64,000 nt of DNA. Origin: an uncultured virus (IMG/VR IMGVR_UViG_3300044701_001189) (lineage: Duplodnaviria > Heunggongvirae > Uroviricota > Caudoviricetes). The notes under the pieces were generated by a model, which worked only from the letters and a program-made list of their open reading frames with translations, was not told the DNA's origin and searched no databases. Location: the IMG/VR virus record IMGVR_UViG_3300044701_001189. One strand, given 5' to 3'. Below, piece after piece: positions 19,806-30,025 of the stretch. The stretch's first letter is position 1. Every line of letters starts with the position of its first letter. Made by a program: the position numbers and the translations under genes.

Positions 19806-22529
19806 ATTTACAAACTACAAGTTGCCGGCTCTGCCTATGTAAATGGAGGTACTTTATTTATTGACTCAGGACAATACTTGAGATGGGGCAACAGTAATCA
19901 AGGAATTGTAGGGGAAAATGATAGTCACGTTTCTATAGTTTCTGGAGGTTCAACAAGACAAACAATTTATGCAGATGGACGCACTTACTTCCCTGGTCTT
20001 GATCTTTCTATTTCTAACGTAAACAGTACAGGAAGTGCCAACTACTTCAGAGGAGATGCTGCACATTTTGTATTGGGTACAGGAGGAACTCTTTATCTTA
20101 ACTATTCTAATACTTCTGGTACTACTTATATTTTTGGTACTACATACATCAACAGCAACGTAGTATGGCACGCAGGTAATGACGGAGCTGGAACTGGACT
20201 TGATGCTGACTTATTAGATGGACAACAAGGTTCATACTACCTTGACTGGACAAACGTTACTAACAAACCAGATCCTACAATTACTCTTGCTGGTGCTGTA
20301 ACAGGTGCAGCTACTATGACCGATCTTGGTAATATTACTATTACTACTACGGCTACTTCTGATCCTGTTCTTACACTTGCGGGTGATGCTACAGGTAGTG
20401 CAACATTTACCAATCTTGGTAATGCTACTCTTACGGTAACGGTTGTTGATGATAGTCACACCCACGACGGTAGATATTACACAGAAGCAGAATCAGATGC
20501 TCGTTTTGTAAATGTTACCGGTGATACTGTTACTGGTGATCTTACAGTATCTGGAGCAGCTCTTGGTGTAATTAGTACAGCAGCCGGATCAGATGCGTTT
20601 TATGTAGATGGTGTAAACGGTAGATTGTTTACTGTAACAGATAGTCTTGATGATAGTCTGTTCTCTGTGAACACAGTTGCCGGTCTTCCAGTTATTGAAG
20701 CCTTTGCAGATAATACAGTAAATCTTGGACCATTTACAAATCCTGTAACCATTAGTTCTACCGGTACTCTGAGTATTGGTGGATTACAAGCGGCTACACA
20801 ATCATATGTAGATACCGCTATTACTAATCTTATTGGTGGAGCTCCGGGTGCATTAGATACACTTAATGAACTTGCGGCAGCTATTAATGATGATGCTTCT
20901 TATGCATCTACTATTACTTCTGCTCTTGCTCTTAAAGCACCGCTAGCTTCTCCGGCACTTACAGGTACACCAACTGCACCCACAGCAGCTACGGCTACTA
21001 ACAGCACACAGATTGCTACCACTGCATTTGTTAAGGCTCAAGGATATATTACTGGGTATACTGAAACTGATACACTAGCCACTGTAACTGGAAGGGGTAA
21101 TACAGCTAACAGTAGAATTATAATAAATAGTACAGGAGCCGCTGGCGCACCTACTTTAAGTGTAAATACTTCTACATCTTCAACATTTGTACATTCTCAA
21201 GAAAATCTAGCAGCAAATCTTACTGCTGGTCAACATAACATTATAGTTGTTGGTAAAACCGGGAATACTAAGAATAGTGGATATATTGGTTACTACTGGG
21301 CAGGTGCTGCATCAGATAGTAATTTTGTTACTATAGGACATTGGGGAGCGGATGATTTATTTAGAGTTTATGGTGACGGTAGGGCAACAGTAGGTACAAA
21401 TACTGTTTGGCATGCTGGTAATGATGGAAGTGGAAGTGGTTTAGATGCTGACTTACTAGACGGTCAACAAGGATCTTACTATCAACCAGCCTCTACAGCT
21501 ATAACAACTTCTAATATTGGATCTCAGAGTGTATCATACGCAAGTAGTGCAGGCAGTTCTGGGTATGCTTCTTATACACCACGTGTTGCTATTGAAGATA
21601 CACGTGCTGCTCAAAGGACTCCTAATGACTATGAGGATTACCGTGCAAGTTGGGAATTTACAAACCAAATAACTGGAATAAGTGACTGGCATAGTGCAAT
21701 GACTTTGCAAGGATGGCATGATAATTATTCCGCTTGGCAAATAATTGGAGGTTCTAGTACGTCAGCGCACGAAAACTGGTATTTAAGGAGTGGTAATGTT
21801 ACTACTTGGAATCCTGTTCGTAGAATTTGGCATTCAGGAGATTTTACATCAAGTAATGTAAGTAACTGGAACACCGCATACGGATGGGGTAACCACGCCG
21901 GTTTATACTTACCAATTGGTGGAGGTAACGCTACAGGATGGGTATCATTCTCATCATCTACTCAAGGAACGCCAATTATAAAGGCTGTCCAACAGGATAG
22001 CTCATCCGGTTATTATTTGTTTCAGGGTGTTACCGGAAGTTCTGAAGTGTTTAGAGTTGAACGGACTGGTAACATTGTTACTAGTGGAACTCTTTCTGCA
22101 AGCGGTTACAACAAATCAAACTGGGATGCCGCACATTCTTGGGGTAACCACGCTGATTACGCATACTGGAACACAGATTCAGTAGATGCGAAGAACGTGC
22201 AATCAGCTGAAGTAGTATTTGCTGGTAACGTAACAGTAGAAGGAACATTTACAGAAAGCTCTTCTATCCGCTTTAAGGAGAATATTGTAGATCTAGAATC
22301 ATCTACTAAAAAAGTAGAACAACTACGCCCAGTACGATATAATAAGATTGGTGTAGAAGAAGAGGAAATTGGTCTTATTGCAGAAGAAGTTGCAGAGATT
22401 TATCCAGAAGTTGTAACTTATAATGAAGAGGGTCAACCGAGTGGTGTTAACTACACTAGACTATCAGTAATTTTACTGAAGTCTGTACAAGAACTTGCTG
22501 AAAGAATCAACAAATTAGAAAACAAATAA
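15561..22529 (+). CDS. Long tail fibre with C-terminal intramolecular chaperone (peptidase S74-like)
   Basis: 2322 aa; APGALDTLNELAAAL x3, TARTLTIG x3, GNVGIG x7, GLDADLLDG x2, knob-like domains; C-terminal SSIRFKENI...GLIAEEV...VNY plus coiled coil. Confidence 0.85.
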   Translation: MANEFIARNGIIAKDNSTITGTLAVSGNITMGGVIVATRTWVTGTALIGYATESYVTTAINNLIDSAPGALDTLNELAAALGDDPNFATTVTTSIGTKVSKAGDTMTGNINWGTSDRGLTWVMNTDGAYIKFFNTGDGDTNSRLEYGTSDNGNEFHRWMVSTAEEMTLKSDGLRVTDSIWMGGNLVATQAWVNSQNYLTTVPDEYLTETEGDALYAPISHTHAATDITSGTLAAARLSGNYAINVTGSAATLTTARTLTIGNTGKTFNGGADVAWTLAEIGAFSAVGGTISGVVTIESTSDGILNLKQLGVAGTAGVKNAAWNYIQFLDSEGDRQGYFGIDSSGNFQFASEITGLALIGGDIIATRPWVTSQNYITASASITGNAATATTLQTARTLTIGNTGKTFNGSANVSWSLAEIGAQAALTNPVTGTGTTNYLPKFTAASTIGNSQVFDNGTNVGIGTTSPAGIFEVFEQGTGRTRGDLLVDSTNRYTIVGRLSSTTGDVSSFKVRDRLDRAYFDVNTASKYISFNPEIGDITMQIASGYGFKVNTSQFIVNATNGNVGIGTTSSISNSLLNVGGGINTTTGIIGYNTADWFTLNGKTQPHYGFNLIPTSSSPIGISGYFGISLATEGSERIRILGNGNVGIGTTSPSYKLDISTAQSIRVTGASTGYTQGSIIFQSSTTDTPEARGLGVYLFNEGTDATWFYGTGYGAGDTFLINRKSGATYQASAAAPGESSNFFAITNAGNVGIGKTNPATTLDVNGVTTANGLIISGGAAVEDAINITNGRLTLGGHNNGAGVWYEDIAGASEWFVGLSADDVNYRFYNAPAATDRVVIYANGTVQFNAYGAGLLRTNASGSITVDTNTYLTGITAAQVHGAIYTTGGDANTYTTFGIYRNYAVNGPVAGHTTIFNVMQYDGNYGFQLGADTTSSADGLYFRSKDATIGTWKQVASRQWVTAQGYATTGYVDTAIANLVDTAPDALNTLNELATALGDDPNFATTVTNSIAGKVSKSGDTMTGTLTLSYAYPRINLTDTDNDSDYSIINDDGTFSIYDVNNNSHRLRISAAGAVTLVGTINASNFSGTSSGTNTGDQTTITGNAGSATVLQTARTLTIGNTGKSFNGSANVSWTLAEIGAQPAGSYLTAEADTLATVTARGASTSTAVTFNGGVNLAPDTGIRKAGDNWIIGYSTSLPGIAIGSGTVTDKVSISSGGTQRVWFDTNGNVGIGTASPGYKLDVAGDINFTSTLKFGGTTVLSNSGADVYANIRVIRNESTALNDGMYIGYNNSGGASGHLRFYANGTNERMRIDASTGNVGIGTTSPSTKLEVGNFLDAVTNKITVAARYEYEPEFNFRLGQSGTNLDWIGAVISSGDDGNYNGKILFKTANAGRDTPTTKMVIKASGNVGIGTTSPIYKLQVAGSAYVNGGTLFIDSGQYLRWGNSNQGIVGENDSHVSIVSGGSTRQTIYADGRTYFPGLDLSISNVNSTGSANYFRGDAAHFVLGTGGTLYLNYSNTSGTTYIFGTTYINSNVVWHAGNDGAGTGLDADLLDGQQGSYYLDWTNVTNKPDPTITLAGAVTGAATMTDLGNITITTTATSDPVLTLAGDATGSATFTNLGNATLTVTVVDDSHTHDGRYYTEAESDARFVNVTGDTVTGDLTVSGAALGVISTAAGSDAFYVDGVNGRLFTVTDSLDDSLFSVNTVAGLPVIEAFADNTVNLGPFTNPVTISSTGTLSIGGLQAATQSYVDTAITNLIGGAPGALDTLNELAAAINDDASYASTITSALALKAPLASPALTGTPTAPTAATATNSTQIATTAFVKAQGYITGYTETDTLATVTGRGNTANSRIIINSTGAAGAPTLSVNTSTSSTFVHSQENLAANLTAGQHNIIVVGKTGNTKNSGYIGYYWAGAASDSNFVTIGHWGADDLFRVYGDGRATVGTNTVWHAGNDGSGSGLDADLLDGQQGSYYQPASTAITTSNIGSQSVSYASSAGSSGYASYTPRVAIEDTRAAQRTPNDYEDYRASWEFTNQITGISDWHSAMTLQGWHDNYSAWQIIGGSSTSAHENWYLRSGNVTTWNPVRRIWHSGDFTSSNVSNWNTAYGWGNHAGLYLPIGGGNATGWVSFSSSTQGTPIIKAVQQDSSSGYYLFQGVTGSSEVFRVERTGNIVTSGTLSASGYNKSNWDAAHSWGNHADYAYWNTDSVDAKNVQSAEVVFAGNVTVEGTFTESSSIRFKENIVDLESSTKKVEQLRPVRYNKIGVEEEEIGLIAEEVAEIYPEVVTYNEEGQPSGVNYTRLSVILLKSVQELAERINKLENK

Positions 22530-24273
22530 GATGGCTGTTTTATTAACCGGAACAACAATTGGTGGACACAGTGCAATACATGCTGGTAACTTAGCTACAC
22601 ACGGTATTATTACTACTAGTAATATTAGCTCGTCTGCTCTTTCTCTTAGTGGTGGTACTTTAACAGGTCAGTTGAATCTTCACGCTGGATCTTATGAAGG
22701 TTCTATTGTATTTGGAAGTCAATCTGTTTGGAGAACCGGAATACGTCAGCACGATGACGGTGATGCTGAATTAAGAATCTGGGCAAAGAATGCAAATGGA
22801 ATGATATTTATTGCCACCGGATATGATGGAGAGCCAGCAAGCATTTCTAGACCTACTGATGGTTTAGCAATTCAAGGAAATAAACTTGGCATTGGTGACT
22901 TTAGTGCAGCAGACCCTTTATACAAGCTTCACGTTAAAGGAGACATTTACGCAAATGGTGGTTGGGTAAGAGTCTCTGGTTCAGAAGGTCTTTATTTTGA
23001 GTCGTATGCTGGAGGCTGGAGAATGACAGACTCTACTTGGATTAGAGCGTATAATGACAAAAATATTTATACCGGTGGTAGTATTGAAGCTGGTGGATCG
23101 GTTAGGGCTGATTCTGGTATTTTAGATTCAAACAGAAGATTTGTAATTCCCGGTGGAGCATCTACTGTAAATCATCCATCTGGAACAGGTGGGGCCATTA
23201 GAATTAATCTACCTACAGCAGCGTATGGAATAAATACTATGATGAGTATGACTGTGCAAGTATATGAGTATAGCACAGGTCAGTCGTTTACTATTAGATG
23301 TGGTGGATACAATTACTATACTCACGATTGGTATAATGTATTTGCATACCTTTTAAATGATTCAGGTAAAGGTGCTGATGTTCCTGTATACTTTGGTAAC
23401 AATGGAACAAGAGATGTTATTTGGATTGGAGAGCCGGGTTGGTCTTGGACTTACCCTAACGTATTTGTAACAGATTTTCAGGCAGGGCATTCACAATCTG
23501 AATATTGGAAAACCGGATGGTCTATTTCTTTTGATACAGCTGCTCGTACTAATGTTTCAGCATCAAGAACAGCATACAGACAGATTGATACCGGAACGAT
23601 TGGTTCTCAGTCAGTAAACTATGCTGCATCTTCTGGTTCTACATCTGGTAACGCTGCTACCGCTACAACATTAGCTACAGCACGTACTTTAACAATTGGA
23701 GCAACAGGTAAGACTTTCAATGGTTCAGCTAACGTCAGTTGGACCTTAGCGGAGATTGGAGCTCAGGCTGCAGGTTCTTACTTAACTGCTGAATCGGATA
23801 CACTTGCAACTGTTACTGGTAGAGGTGCTACAACTGCATCTCAACTAAGTTTTACCAAAACTGATGACCACGCTATATCGGTAGGTACAATTAGAGGTAG
23901 GGCGGTTGGTTCTCAAACTGGTGAATTTATTCATTTATATGAGCGAGTTCATATTGGTAGCCCAAGTGGTTGGGGCGCAGCTAATACAGCAGCACCATCT
24001 TATGGATTGTCTGTGTATGGTGGTGCAACGATTGGATATGGAAATAGTGGTGGTTTAACTGTAACAGGTACATTATCAGCAACTAACTTTAGTGGAACAT
24101 CAAGTGGCACAAACACTGGCGACCAAACTACTATTACTGGAAATGCTGGTAGTGCTACTGTTTTACAGACGGCCAGAACTCTTACAATTGGTGCCACTGG
24201 AAAGAACTTTAATGGAAGTGCAAATGTTAGTTGGACATTAGCAGAGATAGGCGCTCAAGCGGCTGGAAGTTAT
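16320..24273 (+). repeat. Dispersed TARTLTIGxTGKxFNGxAxVxWxLAEIGA coding repeats (5 copies)
   Basis: Copies at 16320, 16737, 18891, 23677, 24169. Confidence 0.9.
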
Positions 24274-27200
24274 GCTGCTGCTTCACATACTCACGATGAC
24301 AGATACTATACTGAAACAGAAATTGATTCACAAATTAGCAATAGGTTATATCAGGTAAGTGTAGGGACATTTAATGTCAATGACTTCAATGGTACAGGAC
24401 TCTATAGGGGCTCTACAGGTAACTGGTCAAATAGACCAACGGTAGTTCATAACGGAGGAGCGGTACTTCAGATAGACACACACCCTGGAAACTACCACTC
24501 TCAGTTATTTTTTGACACTGGTGGAGATAGATTGTATCTACGTAATGCAAATGCTGGTTCTTGGGGAGGCTGGAATACAATATTACATAGTGGAAACTAT
24601 ACTTCTTATTCTCCTTCTTTAACAGGTAGTGGTGCTTCAGGGACATGGTCTATCAACGTAACAGGTAGTGCAGGATCTGCTCCTAATGGAAGTAATATAA
24701 ATCAGTTTTATGATGTAACGGCAGGAGTAGGAAATGGTTTAAGATTCTGGAGTGGAAGTGACTCATACAAAATAAGTATGGGTGTAGGTTCTTTGTATCA
24801 ATATGGACCTGTTACTGACTACTCTATTAAGGCGCAAATGAATGATGGAGATACGGGTAGAGGATTTACTTGGGGAAGAATTAGCTATGCTCCTATTGCT
24901 GCTCTTAACTCTACTTCAGGAGATTTGCAGATAGCAGGTTCATTAAGAGCTGCTGGGCATTTATTTACTAGTTACAATGGTAACAATATATTACTAAGAA
25001 CTGCTGATGCTGGAGGTGATGCAGGAATACTTGTACAAAATAGTAGTGGATCATTTAAATTCCAAATTTATGGTAACGGAAGTGATTACGGCTTCTTAAA
25101 CGGAAACTGGGCAGGTTGGGATATTAGAAAGACTATAAGTGGTGCAATGTATATGAATAATGACAATAGTTATTATTTACAAACAAATAGCACTTCTAAC
25201 TTTGTTGCTCTTAACATCCAAGGTAATGCAGTAGTCCATGCAGGCAACATTGGGTCTCAATCAGTAAGTTACGCTACAACAGCAGGTAGTGCTGATCAAA
25301 TAGATGGCTGGGGTTTTGTAAACACTGGAAGTAACAGTGCAACAAATGCTGATAGTATTAACAGTAACGGTATTTCTTACTACACTGGTGGTGTAGCAAA
25401 CTTCTCAGGTAACTCTACTGATGGCGCTTTATACTCTCAGAGATATAGTGATAGCTGGCAACACCAAATTGCAGGTGATTACCGTTCTGGTCAAATTGCC
25501 CTTAGAGGTAAAAATAGCGGAACTTGGCAAGCTTGGAGAACAGTTTTAGATTCTTCAAATTTTAGCACTTGGGCGCAACCAGCTGGAAGTTATGCAGCAG
25601 CTTCACACACGCACGATGATAGGTACTATACTGAGACAGAGTCTGATGGAAGATTTTTAAAACTTGCTGGTGGTACAACCACTGGAACCGTTGTAATGAA
25701 CGGTGATAACTATCTGAATGGTGGTTTGTCAGGTATTAAGAATATACATTATCAATACTCAGGAATAGGATACACTGTTACAAATGGTGCCGCCGCTTGG
25801 TACAGAATTGCAAAACTTGATAATTTTGGTGCAGGTATACTTATACTAGGTTTTACTAATAATGGCTCAATAAATGAAGTTATATATGAAATTACTTACT
25901 GGCTTGGCGAAGGTGATAACGCAACCATAGATTTAAGAAAGTTTGGAGTAGATGACTATGTGACAGAAGCAAGAATTGTAAAAAATAATTCTCTTTATTA
26001 TATAGAAGCATACTTTGCTGCTGCACCAACAACACCTCAAACTTACCATTCTCCGGAAATATTTAATGTTAGAACTTTAGGAACTAACCTTAATAAAGTA
26101 ATTACAGTATACACCGGTAACTTATCTGTTACTTCAGGTACTCAGACAACACTTGTTACCAAAGCTTTTATTGATAATGGAAATACTTTTAGTGTTACAA
26201 ATGCTACAAATGCTACCTCTACTTTAGCTGGTCTTGCTGTTCACAGTGGAAGAAACAATGAAGCCGATAAAGTTGTCCGTACTGATGTAAATGGATATAT
26301 TCAAGCAGGATGGATTAATACTACGTCTGGTAACACTACTTCTACTATTACAGATATTTATGTAAACACGAATGATGGATACATAAGAAAAGCTACACCT
26401 GCACATTTTAGAAGTCAAATTACAGATGGAGTATATGCACCAGTTAGTCATACACATAGTATTGCTAACGTAACAGGATTGCAATCAGCCCTAGATGGCA
26501 AGCAAGCAAGTGGTTCTTATTTAACATCACTTGGTTTTTCTTATAGTACAGGTGTAACAGCAAATCACGTTGTACAAAGAGATGCTAATGGTTACATATA
26601 TGCAAACCATATAAATTTTAGTACAGGTGAAACTGAAAACCCTACTATTAGTTCATTTTTTGTTTCAAATGGAGATGGATGGAGTAGAAAAGCTAGTGTT
26701 GCTCACGTAAAAAGTCAACTTGGCTTAGGTTCAGCAGCATATGTTGCAACAAGCACATTTGCAGATGCATCACATACTCACACTTTTGCATCATTAACAT
26801 CAAAACCAACTACCATAAGTGGATATGGAATAACAGATGCCATCACTACTGGAAACATTGGCTCACAGTCTGTGAGTCGTGCAAGCGGGGTAAGCATTAC
26901 AGGTTTTGGAACTGATAGTTTTACTTACCATCAAACATCCGGCAATGTTCACAGCTGGACCGGTGGTTGGGCATCACATTTTATAGGAAACCACGGTAAT
27001 GGTGACACCTACTACTCTCAGAGTATTATTATGCCATTCTGGGGCGTACCTAGATATCAGAGAAATGAGGCTGGAGCTAAAGTTGGACCTTGGCAATTTA
27101 TTACTGAAGAAAATATTGCTACTCAATCTGTAAGTTTTGCAACTACTTCAGGTAGTGCTACAAGTTCAACTACAGCTAACAGATTAGACAACTATGGCAT

Positions 27201-28053
27201 TAATTACAGCACTGACTGGAACAGCTGGGGTGTAAATGGTAAACTTGTCGCTTCATCATATCACGATGCATCTGGGGCTAACAAACCACCAACATACACG
27301 TATGGTAGTTTTCTTTCATTCTTAAATGCTGGTGCAGATAGTTTTCAAATAGCAATTCCAGAGAATCAGTTTAATGGTACTGGTAAGCAGAGAGCAATGC
27401 ATTTTCGTTCTGCTTGGAACGGAACTTGGAGTTCTTGGAGGCAGGTTCTTGATATTCAAAACAACACATGTGATATTCTAGCTGATGGAAATTCAACATT
27501 GATTGTTCGTCAAGGTGTAGGATATAATCAGCCATTTAACTCTAACATAGAGATCCACGGTTCAGTAGATGACTGGGCATATGGTAGATTTAGATTTAGA
27601 GTACAGAATGAAGCAGGAACTGAACCTGTATATGGTGCTCAGTTCCGAATTGAACGTTTTAGTGTAAACACAGGATGGCAGCTTCTTGGTATGGTTCCAA
27701 GAGGTTCTCAGAACTTGGAATGGCAGGGTGATATACTTCCAGGTCTTTCAGACCAAAGGGTTAAGGAGAATGTTGCTACCTTAACTGATGGTGTTGCTAT
27801 CGTTCAGCAAATTAATCCTGTAGAGTTTGACTGGAAACCAGTAGAGAACGTTTCAGAAAGAGAAGGTCACGATATTGGTTTTATTGCACAACAGCTTGAG
27901 GAGATTGTTCCAACAGCTGTGCATACTAGAAGTGATGGATATAAAACTGTAAAATATGAAAAAGTTGTACCTATCTTAGTGCAAGCAATTAAAGAGCAAC
28001 AGTCTCTTATTGAGCAGTTAACGGCAAGAATTGAAGCTTTAGAAAATAGATAA
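22531..28053 (+). CDS. Long tail fibre with knob domains and C-terminal peptidase S74-like chaperone
   Basis: 1840 aa; TARTLTIG x2, SHTHDDRYYTE x2, several knob-like domains ending (Y/F)xR...GTWxxW; C-terminal SDQRVKENV...GFIAQQLEEIVP...VKYEK. Confidence 0.85.
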   Translation: MAVLLTGTTIGGHSAIHAGNLATHGIITTSNISSSALSLSGGTLTGQLNLHAGSYEGSIVFGSQSVWRTGIRQHDDGDAELRIWAKNANGMIFIATGYDGEPASISRPTDGLAIQGNKLGIGDFSAADPLYKLHVKGDIYANGGWVRVSGSEGLYFESYAGGWRMTDSTWIRAYNDKNIYTGGSIEAGGSVRADSGILDSNRRFVIPGGASTVNHPSGTGGAIRINLPTAAYGINTMMSMTVQVYEYSTGQSFTIRCGGYNYYTHDWYNVFAYLLNDSGKGADVPVYFGNNGTRDVIWIGEPGWSWTYPNVFVTDFQAGHSQSEYWKTGWSISFDTAARTNVSASRTAYRQIDTGTIGSQSVNYAASSGSTSGNAATATTLATARTLTIGATGKTFNGSANVSWTLAEIGAQAAGSYLTAESDTLATVTGRGATTASQLSFTKTDDHAISVGTIRGRAVGSQTGEFIHLYERVHIGSPSGWGAANTAAPSYGLSVYGGATIGYGNSGGLTVTGTLSATNFSGTSSGTNTGDQTTITGNAGSATVLQTARTLTIGATGKNFNGSANVSWTLAEIGAQAAGSYAAASHTHDDRYYTETEIDSQISNRLYQVSVGTFNVNDFNGTGLYRGSTGNWSNRPTVVHNGGAVLQIDTHPGNYHSQLFFDTGGDRLYLRNANAGSWGGWNTILHSGNYTSYSPSLTGSGASGTWSINVTGSAGSAPNGSNINQFYDVTAGVGNGLRFWSGSDSYKISMGVGSLYQYGPVTDYSIKAQMNDGDTGRGFTWGRISYAPIAALNSTSGDLQIAGSLRAAGHLFTSYNGNNILLRTADAGGDAGILVQNSSGSFKFQIYGNGSDYGFLNGNWAGWDIRKTISGAMYMNNDNSYYLQTNSTSNFVALNIQGNAVVHAGNIGSQSVSYATTAGSADQIDGWGFVNTGSNSATNADSINSNGISYYTGGVANFSGNSTDGALYSQRYSDSWQHQIAGDYRSGQIALRGKNSGTWQAWRTVLDSSNFSTWAQPAGSYAAASHTHDDRYYTETESDGRFLKLAGGTTTGTVVMNGDNYLNGGLSGIKNIHYQYSGIGYTVTNGAAAWYRIAKLDNFGAGILILGFTNNGSINEVIYEITYWLGEGDNATIDLRKFGVDDYVTEARIVKNNSLYYIEAYFAAAPTTPQTYHSPEIFNVRTLGTNLNKVITVYTGNLSVTSGTQTTLVTKAFIDNGNTFSVTNATNATSTLAGLAVHSGRNNEADKVVRTDVNGYIQAGWINTTSGNTTSTITDIYVNTNDGYIRKATPAHFRSQITDGVYAPVSHTHSIANVTGLQSALDGKQASGSYLTSLGFSYSTGVTANHVVQRDANGYIYANHINFSTGETENPTISSFFVSNGDGWSRKASVAHVKSQLGLGSAAYVATSTFADASHTHTFASLTSKPTTISGYGITDAITTGNIGSQSVSRASGVSITGFGTDSFTYHQTSGNVHSWTGGWASHFIGNHGNGDTYYSQSIIMPFWGVPRYQRNEAGAKVGPWQFITEENIATQSVSFATTSGSATSSTTANRLDNYGINYSTDWNSWGVNGKLVASSYHDASGANKPPTYTYGSFLSFLNAGADSFQIAIPENQFNGTGKQRAMHFRSAWNGTWSSWRQVLDIQNNTCDILADGNSTLIVRQGVGYNQPFNSNIEIHGSVDDWAYGRFRFRVQNEAGTEPVYGAQFRIERFSVNTGWQLLGMVPRGSQNLEWQGDILPGLSDQRVKENVATLTDGVAIVQQINPVEFDWKPVENVSEREGHDIGFIAQQLEEIVPTAVHTRSDGYKTVKYEKVVPILVQAIKEQQSLIEQLTARIEALENR

Positions 28054-28814
28054 TGGCACTACATCACAATCCTAGAATAGTAACATCAGGCCTGGTACTG
28101 GCATTGGATGCTGGAGATGTAAACTCATATCCAGGATCAGGCACTACTCTTAATAATACAGCTCTTATTGGATCAACAGCAAGTGTTGTTAATGGTGCAC
28201 CTTCAGGAAATATTATTAGTCTGGACGGTACTAATGATTGGATTAGTATAAATAATTCTGTAACGTCCGAAATACTTAGCCCTGCAGTAGCTACATTTTC
28301 TATATGGTTTAGAGCAAATGATACTTACAGTAATGGTAATACTTGCTCTTTAATATCTAGAGGTAACTACAATACTTCAGGTGGATTTTTTATTCACATG
28401 GCAAAAAGTGGAAGTAATTGTGTTGTTAGCGCAACTTTTTCATATTCAACTACTACGTCTTATTCTTTTCAGGGCACCTCAGTTCACATTGTAAATCCTT
28501 TTGGTCAGTGGAATAATATTACAGTTACGGTAGACAGCAGTGTAAAACTTTATGCCAATGGTGTTTTAAAAGAAAGTGTGGCAAGAATTGTAAATACTAT
28601 TATATATGGCAATGGTACGATTAATACGAGCGGAGATACAAACCTTGCTTTTGTTAGTGCATTAGGTTATGCACCAACTATAGAGCAAGGACCAGGAGGA
28701 ACTTGGAGACCTTTTAATGGGGACTTTGCTAATGGTATGATGTATAATAGAGTTCTTTCAGCTGATGAAGTGTTGCAAAATTACCAAGCACAGAAATCAA
28801 GATTCGGTTTATAA
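28053..28814 (+). CDS. LamG / concanavalin A-like lectin domain protein
   Basis: IVTSGLVLALDAG..SYPGSGT, LDGTNDW, LYANG, MYNRVLSADEVLQNY. Confidence 0.85.
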   Translation: MALHHNPRIVTSGLVLALDAGDVNSYPGSGTTLNNTALIGSTASVVNGAPSGNIISLDGTNDWISINNSVTSEILSPAVATFSIWFRANDTYSNGNTCSLISRGNYNTSGGFFIHMAKSGSNCVVSATFSYSTTTSYSFQGTSVHIVNPFGQWNNITVTVDSSVKLYANGVLKESVARIVNTIIYGNGTINTSGDTNLAFVSALGYAPTIEQGPGGTWRPFNGDFANGMMYNRVLSADEVLQNYQAQKSRFGL

Positions 28815-28826
28815 AAATATATTGTT

Positions 28827-30020
28827 ATGCCAAGTTCAGTAGGACCAAACACATTCGGTGAAGAGAATCTAGTCTTTGGCTATGATTTAGGAGATGTAAG
28901 TAACTCTTATAGAGGAGAGCCTACTACCAACACAGCGGTAATAAATGAATATTATACCTACTGGAATAATAGTGGAACCGCTAGCTGGAGTAATAACGAT
29001 ACCACCGTACCTAGATTATTTTCAGATCTTCCTGTAATGTCTATGTATAAACTTACAAATGGTAACTCTCACTTAGGAATAGGTCTTTCTAATCAAGTAA
29101 CGACAAGTACAGAATATACGTACTCTGTATATATTTGGATACCTTCTAGCAATAGTTTAGGTATGGCTGGATCGGCTCCATATTTTAGACCCCAACCTGC
29201 TAATTATGGAGCAGTTACTCTTCGATATAATGGATCTACAAGTTGGGGTACTTGGCCTAGAGATCAATGGATAAGAATATCAGGAACTGCTACTACACAA
29301 AGTACTAACGTAACTGCCGCATATATTAGTTGTTACTTAGATACTGCTGGGGATAAAGTTTTTCTTACGTCTCCTCAAATGGAGCAAAAGGGACATGTTA
29401 CTCCATTTACTAGAACTTCTAGATCAGCCACCCAAGGACTCATAGACCTTAAAAGCACTTCAACCATTGATTTAACAAACGTATCATTTGACAGTAATGC
29501 ACAAATGACATTTGATGGTACAGATGATTGGTTAAATATACCTGTTGCATTAAATGCTGGTAATTTTACCTATGAAACTGTTATGCAAGCAAGTAATGCA
29601 AGTTACCAGATTTTTTCAGCTGGAAATGGTGTTCCTCCTAGTGGGGGAACTACTATACAAGCTTATGTAAATTCTAGTGGTGCTTTAATAAACTTGTATG
29701 CCCCAGTCGGTGGATCTGGTTGGCAGTATGGATCATACAATAATCAATCTGCATATGTAGGTGTTTCTGGTGCAATTAGGCACATCGTAGTGGTTAATCT
29801 AAATACTAACTGGAAAACATATGTAAACGGTGTACTTGTTGGAGATGTTAACTTTTTTGTTCCTAATACAGGAAACGCTATAGGAGTTGCAAGAGCAGCT
29901 ATGCAAAATATTAGTACAGTATCTACAACTGTTTATATGTCAAAAGTATACAACCGAGCATTAACAGCTTCAGAAGTAGCATCAAACTTTAACGCAATTA
30001 AATCACGATTTTCAATCTAA
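28827..30020 (+). CDS. LamG lectin protein with an inserted carbohydrate-binding-like domain
   Basis: LVFGYDLG..SYRGEPTTN, FDGTDDW, TYVNG, VYNRALTASEVASNF; insertion containing YTYSVYIW. Confidence 0.8.
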   Translation: MPSSVGPNTFGEENLVFGYDLGDVSNSYRGEPTTNTAVINEYYTYWNNSGTASWSNNDTTVPRLFSDLPVMSMYKLTNGNSHLGIGLSNQVTTSTEYTYSVYIWIPSSNSLGMAGSAPYFRPQPANYGAVTLRYNGSTSWGTWPRDQWIRISGTATTQSTNVTAAYISCYLDTAGDKVFLTSPQMEQKGHVTPFTRTSRSATQGLIDLKSTSTIDLTNVSFDSNAQMTFDGTDDWLNIPVALNAGNFTYETVMQASNASYQIFSAGNGVPPSGGTTIQAYVNSSGALINLYAPVGGSGWQYGSYNNQSAYVGVSGAIRHIVVVNLNTNWKTYVNGVLVGDVNFFVPNTGNAIGVARAAMQNISTVSTTVYMSKVYNRALTASEVASNFNAIKSRFSI

Positions 30021-30025
30021 GAGTT

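Noticed and set aside
12023..28053. CRISPR array or diversity-generating retroelement explaining the fibre repeats
   Set aside because: Repeats are in-frame coding units with long spacing; no reverse transcriptase, cas gene or adenine-specific TR/VR pair seen
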